Notes: generated by a model not told the origin, from the sequence alone. A DNA stretch of 63,688 bases, filler included, from Octopus bimaculoides (GCF_001194135.2; 6 parts of 6 records of this genome joined end to end with filler, not necessarily neighbours in it); one strand, 5' to 3'. Shown: positions 26,731-40,674, numbered from the whole stretch's first letter. Made by a program: numbers and translations.

Positions 26731-27486
26731 TCTCGTTCTCTGGCCCAACTTTTTCTTCATGCCATTACGTTAGTTGTTATTACTGATGCTTCCGTGTCCG
26801 CCCACAATGCCCTCCACACCCGAGTACTCAAAATGACCAACCCCAATGACAACCCTGAGCAAATCACCTCACGCGTGAGAGAAGCTAAGAAACTGTATTG
26901 ATCATTACTAACTGCTTATCCCTTGTATATCCTACATAACCTAAACCGATCTCTTTCCTTGCCATCACTTTATCACTTCCTTCCTTGTTGCATCACATTA
27001 AAAAAAGTCTATTAGTTTCTTGTAGGCTATTCAAAACATTGTGATTCTCGTACCTTCTCAGGAGACAATAGGATCCTCTTTACACGTTCTGATCATAGAT
27101 TTTAGTGGCTGTTTTATTTTATTTTCCTTTTAAGTAATTTTGCTTTTCACTTCATTTTCCTATCACTTACCTCGACAGTTTGTCATCTTGTTCGTTATTC
27201 ATGCGCTCCTCTTCATTGCAAGGCAATAGAACGATCAACAGATTATGCCTAGGGATGGGACAGTTTGGATTGAGAATATGGCAAATTTTCGAACCATCTT
27301 CAGAATTGCAAGTGTGATATTTCGGAACCGGTAGTTCCTGGGTTCTGCTATCGTTGCTGACTACATTTATGTCTGGTGATTTCTCCCACTTCTTTGGTTT
27401 CCGCGGTTCTCAGTGGAAATAGTCCTCATATATGGCATATTACTACGAGTATAAAAGATCGGCTTTTGATGGTTACCAATATTCTT

Positions 27487-27686
27487 GGCGCAAAACTAGT
27501 AATTCAAGGGGAGGGGGTGTAGTCCATTATTTTAGCCCCAATGTTCAATAGGTACTTATTTCAAAGACCTCGAAAGGGTGAAAGACAAAGTCGACCTCGG
27601 CGGAATTTGAACTCAGAACGTAAAGACGGACGGAACACTGCTAAGTATTTTGTCCGGCGCGGTAACGATTCTGCTAGCGCGATACC

Positions 27687-27689
<3 letters not shown>
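27487..27689 (-). mobile_element. SINE B
   Basis: gtcgacctcggcggaatttgaactcagaacgtaa shared with 24819-25056. Confidence 0.85.
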
Positions 27690-27758
<69 letters not shown>

Positions 27759-27789
27759 GAAATGTAAAGCTTGAATGTGACATGGAGGT

Positions 27790-28140
27790 GCAAGAGGGAA
27801 GAAATACATAGTTGAATGATTGGAATGTATTAAGCAAAGAACATAAAGATTTGCTGAGGAAAATTGTTCAAATAATGGAATAGAAAGATTTTGGTAGCAG
27901 AAAATCATTTCAGAGTGTTGATAGGGCTAAAGTGGATGAGCAAACTAAAACTATGGATGTAATTGTCCGTCATGTAAATACAAGTAATATAGCCGAAGCC
28001 AACAATTTGATGAGAACAGCGAATACATTGGCCGCAAAGGCATTTGGATTGCAGGACATCACAAGTGGAATTGAGAAATGAGAACCTTCATGATAGAAAA
28101 GAATACAAGGAAGTATATACAAAATACTGGTATTTAAAGG
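27790..28140 (+). mobile_element. R4/Dong-like LINE remnant (N-terminal ORF region)
   Basis: Frame with stops: SFQSVDRAKVDEQTKTMDVIVRHVNTSNIAEANNLMRTANTLAAKAFG...EPS**KRIQGSI. Resembles the recalled R4/Dong segment NITETNxLIYAAA...EPWWKRR. Confidence 0.6.
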
Positions 28141-29619
28141 AAGAGCTATTACGCCAATAGACATATGCACTGGTTGTATTTCACTTCATTATTATTATTA
28201 GTAAATGAGAGCGAATGACGATAAAAAAGATTTCGAAAAACTTAGCTTAATGATTGATTAATTGACTGACCAAACGATTAGTCAAACTGTCTATTGGTTA
28301 GGTAAAGAATTGACTAATGATAAATGAAGTAAAACAGAATTACTTAGTGCGTTTATTATTGGCATACTGATCCTCCTGGAATACAAGAACATTTGTTTTA
28401 AGACACAAGTTAACATCAAGAATCATGCAAACCAAATATAAAATCGAAATATCCGAAAGACAAAGAAATGTTCAGCTGCGATCCCAAACGAAGTATGTTG
28501 ACTCACAGTCTTGTTAAGTTATCAATAGTGACAAAATAACTACAATTAAAGGCCTGTTTGGTCGGCCTGGGACTATAATTGAAGATGATTGCTCAAGGTG
28601 CCGCATAGGGGATCAGAAAAGTTGCAAAGCGAGCTTCTTGACCACACGGCCATGATTATGGAGACGAGAAGTTTATCAACTTACGGCATAGCGTTACCAG
28701 ATGGGCAGGTGATGAGATTAAGGACAATAGCTAAAAATATTTAGACATACTGAGAAAAAATATCAATGGAAAAGAAAGAGAAATGGCATTTAAAAACGAA
28801 TATTTTAGAAAGTAGAAATTAGTGTTATTTTAAAAATGCAATTGAACGGAAAAATACACGGTTATGACAATAAATACGTAATGATAAGGTACAGAGTTGG
28901 GATTATAAAATGGAGGAAAGTTCGAATTAGGGTAGATGTGAAAACATGAAAAATGGAAACCGTAAATGTATTATTGTATCCTAAAACTGGTATCGATAGA
29001 ATATATCTTCTCAGAAGAAGTAGAAGTTGAGATTAAGAAGCGCAGAAATTGTATAAAATGATTACAAAACTATTTTGGTTGGTAATAAAGAAGAAAATTG
29101 AGATATGGCGGACAGAAGGAAGACATAAAAAAAAAACAGAGATAAATGCAGAAAAATAAAAGTTTTGGACATCAATATTTTTTACATAAAACGAAAATTA
29201 ACGCCTGTATTTAGAATGGGTCACACAAAAAACACACAGGTAAAAAATAAATCCACCACAAATACTGGTAGCTAAGCATTCTATACAACCAGAAATATAT
29301 TATTATGTATCGACGTACTAAAATATAGCAAGTTAAAACGAAAATAAAGCAAAATAAATAAATAAATAAATAAATAAATATATAAATAAAAAGATAAAAA
29401 GAAGAGGAAAGATAAGAATATAAGCTATTTTCTGCTTTCGAAGAAGCCAACAAAATGGTCGGTAAAATGGCCGATAGTTATGAAGAAAAGGTGAAGCAAC
29501 GGCAAAAACTGTAAAGAGGCTAAACGTAAGGCTACGGTTGCCTTGTCAAAATGATGGTAATAAAAACCCGAAGTCATTGACGTTTAAAAGAGAGAAATAT
29601 AGAGAAAACAAATGGCGCC

Positions 29620-29783
29620 TGTGTTGTTGTGTGGGAAGAAGTTTGCTTCCCAACTGCATGGCTCCGGGTTCAGTGCCACTGTTTGCATCTTGGGCAAGCG
29701 TCGTCTGTTATAGCCCCGAGCCGATCAAAGCCTTATGAGTGCAGTTCGTAGACGAAAATTGAAAGAAAACCGTCGTGTCTATA
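29620..29783 (+). mobile_element. SINE A 5' half
   Basis: ttgcttcccaac...gggttcagtgccac...gatcaaagccttatgag. Confidence 0.8.
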
Positions 29784-30304
29784 TACATAAATGGCAATTT
29801 CTATTTTACTGTCTGATCTATCTGCCTGTCTGTTACCACCTTGCTGCCTACAGTAGTAAACCAATCTTGACGAAACTTTGCATACATGTTAAACTAATAC
29901 CCAACGAATCAAGGAGCAACTTTTGAGTGATTGTCATCCCTAGGTTTGGCTTTTGTGAAACCGTGCTGGACGGTGAACTTGTTTGTATTATATTATATTG
30001 TATTCTGGGTATATGTGATGTGCGTGTGTTTGTGTACTGAGGGAGTTCATGAGGGGGTATGCTTTTTCTATGTGTGACAGCCTTAATACACAAATATGTA
30101 TGTATGTATGTATGTATGTATCTATCTATCTATATACATACATACATACGTATATATATATATATATANNNNNNNNNNNNNNNNNNNNNNNNNNNNNNNN
30201 NNNNNNNNNNNNTTAATTAATTAANNNNNNNNNNNNNNNNNNNNNNNNNNNNNNNNNNNNNNNNNNNNATTCTAAGAATCATATCAAGGAAACGAAACCT
30301 ATCA

Positions 30305-30308
30305 CTGC

Positions 30309-30343
<35 letters not shown>

Positions 30344-31410
30344 CCACCACCCCATGCATCACCCCCACCCAACCCCCACTCCACTAACATCAACGTCAGC
30401 ACCACAGCTGATACCACCACAACCACCACCACCAGCACCACCAACAACATCACCATCAGCACAAGCACCAGCACCATAATCATCATCATTATGATCATGA
30501 TCATCGTCATCAACATTACTATTACCATTACCAACGCCACCACCATCATGAACAGCATCACCTTCATCTTTATGAATAACATTGTATTTACCGTTTCCAA
30601 GATCAGGTTTTCCCTGCATTACGACCATGGACACCACCAGCACCACCACCACCAGCACAACCACCACCACCAGCACCACCACCACCAGCACAACCAGCAC
30701 CAGCACCACTACCACCAGCAGCACCACCACCAGCACAACCACCACCACCAGCACCACCACCACCAGCACAACCAGCACCAGCACCACTACCANNNNNNNN
30801 NNNNNNNNNNNNNNNNNNNNNNNNNNNNNNNNNNNNNNNNNNNNNNNNNNNNNNNNNNNNNNNNNNNNNNNNNNNNNNNNNNNNNNNNNNNNNNNNNNNN
30901 NNNNNNNNNNNNNNNNNNNNNNNNNNNNNNNNNNNNNNNNNNNNNNNNNNNNNNNNNNNNNNNNNNNNNNNNNNNNNNNNNNNNNNNNNNNNNNNNNNNN
31001 NNNNNNNNNNNNNNNNNNNNNNNNNNNNNNNNNNNNNNNNNNNNNNNNNNNNNNNNNNNNNNNNNNNNNNNNNNNNNNNNNNNNNNNNNNNNNNNNNNNN
31101 NNNNNNNNNNNNNNNNNNNNNNNNNNNNNNNNNNNNNNNNNNNNNNNNNNNNNNNNNNNNNNNNNNNNNNNNNNNNNNNNNNNNNNNNNNNNNNNNNNNN
31201 NNNNNNNNNNNNNNNNNNNNNNNNNNNNNNNNNNNNNNNNNNNNNNNNNNNNNNNNNNNNNNNNNNNNNNNNNNNNNNNNNNNNNNNNNNNNNNNNNNNN
31301 NNNNNNNNNNNNNNNNNNNNNNNNNNNNNNNNNNNNNNNNNNNNNNNNNNNNNNNNNNNNNNNNNNNNNNNNNNNNNNNACCACCACGACCATCACCTCA
31401 TCATCATCAT
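30305..31410. repeat. (CAT)/(CAC)/(ACCAGC) compound repeat spanning a gap
   Basis: Direct reading; higher-order accagcacaaccaccaccaccagcacc units before the gap at 30793. Confidence 0.9.
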
Positions 31411-31895
31411 CGTCTTAATCATTCCTCAACACTTCAACCCCCACCGCCACCCCATAGTGGTCGTCGTCATTGAAAAATCTTGGTTGGTGTTCATTGCGAG
31501 TTAAAACATTTTAATAAAAGAATCACCACCACCACAACAACAACAAAAACACAAAGGAGAAAAATAAAGTAAAAAAAAACAGACGAAGAAAAGAATATTT
31601 GCAGAAGTAATTCGAGAAGGAATGAAAACGGGGGAATTTTAACGAATGCTGGAAAGGAAGTATGGAAGGTGTAACGAAGGACAGAAATGGTCGTCTCTCC
31701 GCTGCGAATGATGTGAGAAGGATAGGAAGAATTTTGGAAGAAATAGCGATAGAAAGGAAAAACATTAGCGAAGAAGAAAGAATGAGAAAAGAGACAATAA
31801 GTGAAGAATGAAAGAGAGTGAAATAAAAAGAGAGAATAAGGAAGGAGAAAGAGATGAGAAAAGAAGGAAGAGGAAGAAGGAGAGAGACAAACCAA

Positions 31896-31926
<31 letters not shown>

Positions 31927-32418
31927 AAAGGAAGGAGACAAGGGAAAATATGAAAGAATGCGAGACAAGAAAAGAAGACGAAAAGAGAGAGAAAGAAGAA
32001 TAGAGACAAGGGAGCAAGAAGAGATAGGAGAATAGAGGTGAGAAAGAAGGGGGCCAGAAAAGAAATGGTGTGAGAGAAAGAACTAGAATTACAGAAATAA
32101 GACAAAATAAAAAAAAAAAATAGAGGAGAAATTGAATAAAAAAATCTCTTGGATAATTGTTTGCTTATTTTGTAAACTGTCAATTAGTTAATTGCTTAAT
32201 TTTCAATATATATTCAACTCCGAGTTCATGTGGTACTAAACATGAACAGGCTGGAAACATTTTACAGTTTCCACGTACTTTTATCTAACAAAATAAGTGA
32301 CTGTTTTCGGTTTGTGTGAGACAAGAATTCGTCTTATATTTATTGATTTTATTTCAAATTTTGGCTCAGGGCCAGCAATTTCGAGGAGGGGTTAAGTCGC
32401 TTACATCGCCCCCAGTGT

Positions 32419-32810
32419 GGAGGCGCAATGGTCCAGTGGTTAGGGCAGTGAACTCGCGGTCGTAGGATCACGGTTTCGATTCCCACACCGGGCGTTATGA
32501 GTGTTTATTGAGCGAAAACACCTAAAGTTCCACAAGCTCCACGTAGGCTCCGGCAGAGGGTGGTGGCGAACCCTGCTGTATTCTTTCACCCTTACTTTCT
32601 CTCACTCTTTCTTCCTGTTTCTGTTGTACCTGTATTTCAAAGGGTCAGCCTTGTCACACTGTCTCACGCTGAATATCCCCGAGAACTACGTTAAAGGTAC
32701 ACGTGTCTGTGGATTTCTCAGCCACTTGCACGTTAATTTCACGAGCAGGCTGTTCCGTTGATCGGATCAACTGGAACCCTCGATGTCGTAAGCGACGAAG
32801 TGCCAACCAC
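32419..32810 (+). mobile_element. Full-length SINE C, nested in a SINE B
   Basis: A-box TGGTCCAGTGG, B-box GGTTTCGATTCCC, 3' end gatcggatcaactggaaccctcg...gtgccaac. SINE B sequence resumes on both sides. Confidence 0.9.
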
Positions 32811-32865
32811 GACCCAGTACTCAACTGGTACTTGTTTTATCGCGCCCGAAATGATGAAAAGCATC

Positions 32866-33070
32866 TTTCAGTTTCCATCTACTAAATCGACTCATAAGGC
32901 TTTGATCGGCTCGAAGGCTGTAGTAGGGGATATAATAGAATAAGGGGAAGTAAATAGAGAGAGATAGGAGTAAAAAAACGTATAACCCAAAATGCCTCGT
33001 AGTAGAACTGAACCCGAAACCATATGGTTGGGAAAGAAACTTCTGACCACACAGCCACAAAAATAATGTG
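32866..33070 (-). mobile_element. SINE A 5' half
   Basis: tttcagtttccatctac...aaggctttgatcggc...gaacccgaaaccatatggttgggaa. Confidence 0.75.
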
Positions 33071-33652
33071 CCTGTATGTGGTTTTATGCGCTGCGAATTC
33101 GATTTTAGAGAAAGGGTGGTACGAAGTACCATTCAGTTTTGTCATCTTTTAAAACTGACGCTAATATCGTTTGGACACCGCTATCGCTGATGAGATATTT
33201 TATACATGGTATCAACAAAGTATCGTTCCTGGCAATGTAGGAGAGAAAAAACAGGCTGCGTTCTGTGGAAATCTCAGTAATCAACGCCTGCCTCTCATGT
33301 CATGTTTTGGGGAAACGTACATACATACATACAAGCAAAAATACCCTGCTGTTGATGTGGAAATTCCAATGAAGGGGCCTTAGATCTAGGTTAGAAACCG
33401 GATCTTTCTCAATTGGCAAGAAATCACGAAATAAAACTGAACAATAACATACATACATACATGTATGCATACATATATACATACATACATATATACATAC
33501 ATACGGATATGCTACATACATACATACATACATACATACATACATACATGCATATATATGTGTGTGTGTGTGTATGTGGTGTGTGTGAGTATTATGTATG
33601 TATGTATGTATGTATGTATGTATGTACGTTCGTACGCACGTATGTATGTATG

Positions 33653-33686
<34 letters not shown>

Positions 33687-33688
33687 TG

Positions 33689-33735
<47 letters not shown>

Positions 33736-33935
33736 ATAATGCCGACGTTCTCTTCTCCGCACTGTCACTGATTCTGTTTGAACACAAACGCAAATAGGAT
33801 CCAATTTAATGAGGAAGAAAATCCTTGATAGTCTTTCTTTCTCTTTGTCTTTCTCTCTCTATTTCTTTCTGTCTCTCTGTCTCTCTGTTTCTCTGTCTCT
33901 CTCTCTGTCTCTCTGTCTCTCTCTCTGTCTCTCTG

Positions 33936-33968
<33 letters not shown>

Positions 33969-34993
33969 GTCTCTCTGTCTCTCTCGAAATCGACAACAAA
34001 AGACTCACACTATTACATCTCTCTCTCTTTTTCACTTCCTACTTCCACGATAATTATTACATTATTGTTTATTGAAATAATGCAAAATAATTAGTGATGT
34101 CGGTAGCTGCGAGCTAAAGCAAATACAAATACAAAAGAAAAAAGAACACAAAACAATTATATATATATATATATATGTGTATATATACATATATAAATAG
34201 AATACATGACGAAAAAGAGAAAGTTAAACATCACAATAACAATACAATGTCTCGACGAGATCATCGAAATATTATGTTTTATTAAGATATAAAGATAATG
34301 GCAGTGTCTTGTGAAGCTCTCTAAAAATAAAGTCAGAAAGTTAAAGAAACAACAACATAACCTTTTGTTCATTCATTTCATCGAAGTTCATTTCCTACAA
34401 TATTTCATGGCTGACATTCTTGATATAAACATTATTTGTTACAATATTATTCATGTTTTTTATTCGTCTCACTTAATATCAAATATTTCTAGTGGATTTT
34501 ATTTAATTAATCATATTTTATATATTTTACATTAATTCTTTTGGTTTTGGTTTTACATCATGATAATTTTAATTGCTATGTTATAATATATGACTGTATT
34601 TGTTTTCTTTTACCTTCCGTATTATAAATATTTTTTTTTTTTTTGTCTTTTAATTACCAGCACACACGTATTTAAAACAAGAAGTGTCCTTGGGCATGAA
34701 TGTATATAAATTAATGTACGACAGAGTGTGTCTATATGACTCAATCTGTATTAAAATAAATGTTTATGCATGACTGTATGTATTAAGTAAATTACTCAGT
34801 TTATGAATATGCATACCATTGGGTGTGTTGGTATATATATTATCTCTTTTATAATGTGTATATATTTTCTTGCCTATGATTAATATTATGCATAAATATA
34901 TGATTTATATGTGTAACCAAATACACACAAGCATATACACATTTGTTTATCAGCATGTTTGCGTACGCGCAAGCTTATGCGTATACATTTTTA

Positions 34994-35033
<40 letters not shown>

Positions 35034-35114
35034 TATATCTGTATGTAATTGCGTCCGTGCGTATCCATATGCACAGCCGCAATTATATATGTATATATGC
35101 ATCTATATATGCAC

Positions 35115-35166
<52 letters not shown>

Positions 35167-35759
35167 GTCTACCTAGCTAGCTACTTACCTGTCTGTTTAT
35201 CTGTCTGTCTGTCTATCTGTCTGTCTGTCTATCATAAGCGTACGTATGCGTGTGTGTGTGTATGTATCTTTGAGTGTGTGTATGTGTGTGTGTGTGTGTG
35301 TGTGTATTAGGTACAAGTTTTACTACGTCTCTTTGCACTGAGCTCAAATCCGCCAGAAGTCAATTTTGCCATATCAACTTCGTCTAACTTTTCCCTTTTC
35401 AGGGTCGATAAAGAGGTACGAGTCCAGGGTGTGGCTTGGCGAAATTGCCTAGAACGATTGATTATAAATCTTGTGATATCTGATCCGGTTCCAGGGGATT
35501 CCGAGTTCAAACCTTATTTTGTTGCAAAGAAACTGACTTTCGTAGACAGGCATTTATCAACAAATTCTGAGTACAAGAACATTTCTAACAGTCGTTTTGA
35601 GACAATCTTCTAGAGTAGTCATCTCAACATAAAGGCGGTCATTTTCCATAATCCAGAAACTTCAGTTTCTCATTCGAAGTTGCAAAAAGTTTCCTTTAGA
35701 TCACGCTTGCATTATAAGATCGATTCTGTATGAACTATAATCACACCAGACGTGCCAAA

Positions 35760-36020
35760 TAAAGGAACAGAAATGAACGAAATTACATAGGTATGGGTGA
35801 AAGAACATTCAAGAGGTTTCTTAAATCACTATCCGTCTTTCCGACACCATATGAATAGGATTTTCATTCCACTAACCAACCACTGCTAATAACTAAACAA
35901 AGGCTCACGAATGATCAAAGAAAAAAAGGAAGTACATGTTGGCCTCGTACAACGGACAAAAATTATTTGTAACTAACATTAAAGAACTCTGAAAGCTGTT
36001 TGAACACTAGAAATGAGAAC
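35760..36020 (+). mobile_element. Penelope-like GIY-YIG endonuclease remnant
   Basis: NYIGMGERTFKR / LNHYPSFRH ... LNTRNE resembles YIGxTExxFKxRxxNHxxSFRH ... LLNKRSE, with frameshifts. Confidence 0.6.
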
Positions 36021-36569
36021 TTCACAAATCACCCCATGATAGAAATGTTTTCTACTACATTTGAACATTACACCATCACTATAACCACTGTCATTATATT
36101 TTCACTTCCTTCACCGAAGCTTCTATTGTTCTTTTTTATTAACCCTTTTGCATTATTCCTTTTTTTCTTTCGTTCTCTCTTCGGTTTTCTTCTCTTTATG
36201 TAATAATACCGTCATACTTTTAGCGCAATGTTAAAGTAGCAATTAACATAGTTTTTCTATAGTCGGATAAATTTCAAGACCTTTAACCCCCAGCTGCTTT
36301 CAAGTGGGATAATAATCTCCAAGTTTATCAGGTAAGAAACAGCTCGGCCATGTTTACACAAAGGTCGTGTGAGCGAACTTAAGGTTTACAATCGGTGAAC
36401 ACACACGAAGATGCAGGAAATATGAACCCAGAAAATATACACAGGTGCATACACACACACATCCATCAATCCGTTCATCCATCCTTCGATCCATCCATAC
36501 GTTCTTCAACAGAAAGGATTAAGAGGAAATAAAGAGAGAGATAAGAAAAAAACCCTGTATACATATGAA

Positions 36570-36609
<40 letters not shown>

Positions 36610-37562
36610 AGAAATGAGGGCAGGGAATCGTCAATTAATAATAGAATTAACAATTAACAATTTTGCCAAGTAGCTCAGTATGAAATAAACCTTAATCGGT
36701 AAGAACATTTATCATCATAAATATAAGGGATTAGCAATTGAGTTGCTTCTCCAACATACTGAAAATTCAGAAACAGCAGTCAAAGAACTACTAATTCTAA
36801 NNNNNNNNNNNNNNNNNNNNNNNNNNNNNNNNNNNNNNNNNNNNTTAATTAATTAANNNNNNNNNNNNNNNNNNNNNNNNNNNNNNNNNNNNNNNNNNNN
36901 TATATATATATATACATATATATAAAACACAGGCATAGAAATACAATTCATCTATTCAGCATACACAATCCCAGAGACTATTCATTAAAGCAGGTTCTAC
37001 TTAAAATACCATTAGCTTTATTGAAAAAAAACAACCCAACAACAATAATAAACATAACAGTATAAAAATAGTACAAAAAAACTTTTAGAAAACAGCTAGC
37101 GAAGCAAACCAATGGAAACGCGATCTTTGCTACACACATTTAATGCAATGTATACAGAGAACTGTTATATTCATGTACGTATTGTAGTTGAGATTGGCGA
37201 TAGCTCTACCGAAATCAATTTGCTAATTAAATTGATCGCTTTCATCAGAGAGTTTTGCTCTTATGACTTATGTATTGGTTTCTTTTTATTATTCGGTACG
37301 ATGTTCTTATTTAAAAAAAAAAAAAAATTATTTATGGATTATTTTGGTTTGTTGTTTTATGTGTTATTTTTTTTTTTACCTTAGTTTCTGTTTTTAAAAT
37401 CTTTATATTCAATGCTGTGTATGAGTGTGTATGAGAGAAAGAGAGATTCCGGTTCGCAATTTTATGTATAATGCTGATGTGTGTGTGTGATATATGTGTT
37501 CATACATATATATATATACATATATATGTATATATTTGAGCACAAGCACGTAATATATATAA

Positions 37563-37611
<49 letters not shown>

Positions 37612-38611
37612 NNNNNNNNNNNNNNNNNNNNNNNNNNNNNNNNNNNNNNNNNNNNNNNNNNNNNNNNNNNNNNNNNNNNNNNNNNNNNNNNNNNNNNNNN
37701 NNNNNNNNNNNNNNNNNNNNNNNNNNNNNNNNNNNNNNNNNNNNNNNNNNNNNNNNNNNNNNNNNNNNNNNNNNNNNNNNNNNNNNNNNNNNNNNNNNNN
37801 NNNNNNNNNNNNNNNNNNNNNNNNNNNNNNNNNNNNNNNNNNNNNNNNNNNNNNNNNNNNNNNNNNNNNNNNNNNNNNNNNNNNNNNNNNNNNNNNNNNN
37901 NNNNNNNNNNNNNNNNNNNNNNNNNNNNNNNNNNNNNNNNNNNNNNNNNNNNNNNNNNNNNNNNNNNNNNNNNNNNNNNNNNNNNNNNNNNNNNNNNNNN
38001 NNNNNNNNNNNNNNNNNNNNNNNNNNNNNNNNNNNNNTATATATAACACATATATATTGATACACATGTATGACTTGTAGTCTCTCTTGTAATCCACTTT
38101 CCGATAGCTAAATAGTAAATTACTTAGGAAATGTATAATTATCGATCCGTCATGGCAATTTGGAAGTTTCCTATTCATTAACAACCAGCAACTCTCTATT
38201 CACTGATTAAGATCACTTTATAATAATATTTCTAATTAGTTTATCGTTTACGGTATCGCTGGTTGAGGAGAATAAGTAACCCAATACTAAACCGTATCTC
38301 TCTCAGTTTTCAATCTGTATTCCCCATATACGAAATAATACGAATGACAAGAGACGATTATTAAATGGTATGATTCAGTCAAGTACCATATCGAAAATCA
38401 AAGTTTTCGTGTTCATTGGGCTCTTAAGGACGACTATTTAGCTCCTGTCCCATGTTGTAGTTTTATTCAATAGAGCTGAGATATTAAATTACGCTGGGAA
38501 ATAACACAAAGAAATAAGCCTGTCTCAGGTAATATCCCACAATTAATCTATTAGAATGATATAATATATCTATTGAATTATATTATGTATTTGTACACAA
38601 TATGGCTTCAC

Positions 38612-38803
38612 ATTTTAGCACACAAGGTTAGCAATTATAAGGGGGAGAAGTTGATTACATCGACCCCAGTGTTCAAGTGGTATTATTTTGTCGTACCCAA
38701 ATAGATGAAAGGCCAGGACGACCTTAGCGGAATCTGAACGCAGAACATAAAACTGCGAAGCCTTTTGTCTAACGCGCTATCGATTTTGCCAGTTCACCGC
38801 CTT
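38612..38803 (-). mobile_element. SINE B (diverged)
   Basis: gattacatcgaccccagtg...gatgaaaggc...cggaatctgaacgcagaac. Confidence 0.75.
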
Positions 38804-38869
38804 GTATTTGTTCAAAATATGCGGTGTGTTTGTATATAATACAAGCCTTACAATGCTTTGGGTCATTCA

Positions 38870-38995
38870 TTTCTCGATAAGTACTAGGCTTAGAAAGAAT
38901 AAGTCCTGGGGTCGATTTACTCGACTACAGGCGGTGCTCCAGCATGGAAGCAGTCAAATGACTGAAACAAGTAAAAGAGTAAAAGAGTAAAGAGT
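38870..38995 (+). mobile_element. SINE A 3' tail
   Basis: gataagtactaggctta...ggcggtgctccagcatgg...gtaaaagagtaaaagag. Confidence 0.85.
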
Positions 38996-39166
38996 ATTAT
39001 TTAGAGTGATTGGTTGCTAGAAACATCTTATGGAGTCGAATAAAATGCCGTGTGTTATTTAGTTTTGTCCATATACCGGCTCATTTCATATTTCCCTTTG
39101 TTTCATTTTCTCTTTCATCCTTGTGAAGTCAATGAAATAAAGTGTTAGTCTACTCGTAGGCTTTTT

Positions 39167-39337
39167 CTTAAGCGACTTGATCCTTACCCAAAATTTGAGA
39201 CGTATCTATGTTAAAAATCTTGACTTAAGCGACTTGATCCTTACCCAAAATTTGAGACGTATCTATGTTAAAAATCTTGACTTAAGCGACTTGATCCTTA
39301 AACAAAATTTGAGACGTATCTATGTTAAAAATCTTGA
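39167..39337. repeat. Three tandem 57-bp units
   Basis: cttaagcgacttgatccttacccaaaatttgagacgtatctatgttaaaaatcttga starts at 39167, 39224 and 39281; the third copy has two substitutions. Confidence 0.97.
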
Positions 39338-39960
39338 TTATTCGTATGATAAATACCAGAAGCCATGAAGCATCGATCAAAATGTCCCTTCGGGATTCAG
39401 TTATGTCTTTTATGTTCCGATTTCAAATCTCACCGGGTTCGTGGTTGATTTTGTAGTTTATCTTTCGAAGAGAGATAAAACAAATAGTACTCATATGAAT
39501 AAATCAATCCACTACCCACCCTCCCTTTCTGAATATTTATGGCTGTCTGCCAAAGTTTAGACATAATTAATGTTTCACATACTTCGTTTGCGGTACTCCT
39601 TATAGTATCAGTCATTTTAGTTTATCTTTCGTTTTGTTGGCGGAAACCATGTTATTATGAAAAGAAGGTATAATTTGGCGCAACTAGATGAGAGTTGATC
39701 GTGAATAATCTCATTCTTTGTTTGTTCTTCCTTCCAGCAACTGTTGGTTTAAGATATCCCAAGACGATGTGCGCGATATGAAAAAACAACATACAACTCT
39801 TTCGTAATGAAAGAGTGAAAATTGATATCAACGAAATCCTATTTCGGTATTATCGCGTATTTCCGTCATCTCAATAGTAATGAATTCATACTTTTTATAT
39901 TTGAAATGGTTCGGGAGTGTAAAATAATACCCTTATGCACTGCTGCCTCTGCTGCAGTAT

Positions 39961-40028
39961 TCTGATGGTGCAGTATTCTCTGCCTCTGATGGTGCAGTAT
40001 TCTCTGCCTCTGATGGTGCAGTATTCTC
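39961..40028. repeat. 24-bp tandem repeat, about 3 copies
   Basis: tctgatggtgcagtattctctgcc at 39961, 39985 and 40009. Confidence 0.9.
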
Positions 40029-40539
40029 TCAAAATACCAGCTTGAGGAACGATAAGGTGCTAATGTAAGAAGGGTTTTCGGTAATGTAAAACAACGTTAG
40101 AGAGGAGCAGACATAAGAAATACTAATGACAGATATTATGTTTTGTGTGTCATAGTCTGCAAATGGTGGAGAGTGTTTGGCATTTAAATCGAACTGATCA
40201 TTTTGATTGATTTATGTTAGTGTGCAAGTAGTAGTAAAGAAACTATAGCCTAGGGTACCAACGCTTATTGAGTACTTTTGATAGAGAGAGACAGTATGGA
40301 ACATGTCGTATATATATGCATGCGTGTGTATGTGTGTGTGTGTGCGTGCGTGCGTGTTGGCTAGCCATATATGGGATCTGAAGACCATCTGCACACCTCA
40401 TTCAATCAATCGGAGAATCGTGGAGAAATCTACACAATATATAAATGGATCAAACAGATGCAAGTAATGCGCACATGAAAGAACGCTCTTTCTTTTTAGA
40501 TCCAAGAATTCCACCACAGTACTGAATTCGAGATCTAGA

Positions 40540-40674
40540 AAGTTTAGGAAATGGAAGCACATGGACAAGTTTCTTTCGTCGAACTGGAGCATTACTCCCT
40601 ATTGAGTTGCTACCTCACTTTGGCTACGAAACTTGAAAAGAACCGGCTCACGGAACTCTTGACTCTTGAGTCAC

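Noticed and set aside
29805-29960. Helitron/DINE-like motif (caatcttgacgaaactttgcatacatg)
   Set aside because: Only a short resemblance; termini and hairpin were not found, so it is not called.
30491-31504. Poly-His or poly-Thr mucin-like ORFs
   Set aside because: All frames are simple CAC/CAT/ACC repeat and over half is N; no splice or domain support.
32419-32495. tRNA gene (also other SINE heads)
   Set aside because: A/B boxes are present, but I could not fold a complete cloverleaf and the sequence runs into SINE bodies.
33360-33410. Third hammerhead-like motif (CCAATGAAGGGGCC...AGAAACCGG)
   Set aside because: The core differs at several invariant positions and the stems are weak.
39167-39337. 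CRISPR-like array
   Set aside because: The units are contiguous with no spacers, the context is eukaryotic, and there are no cas genes.
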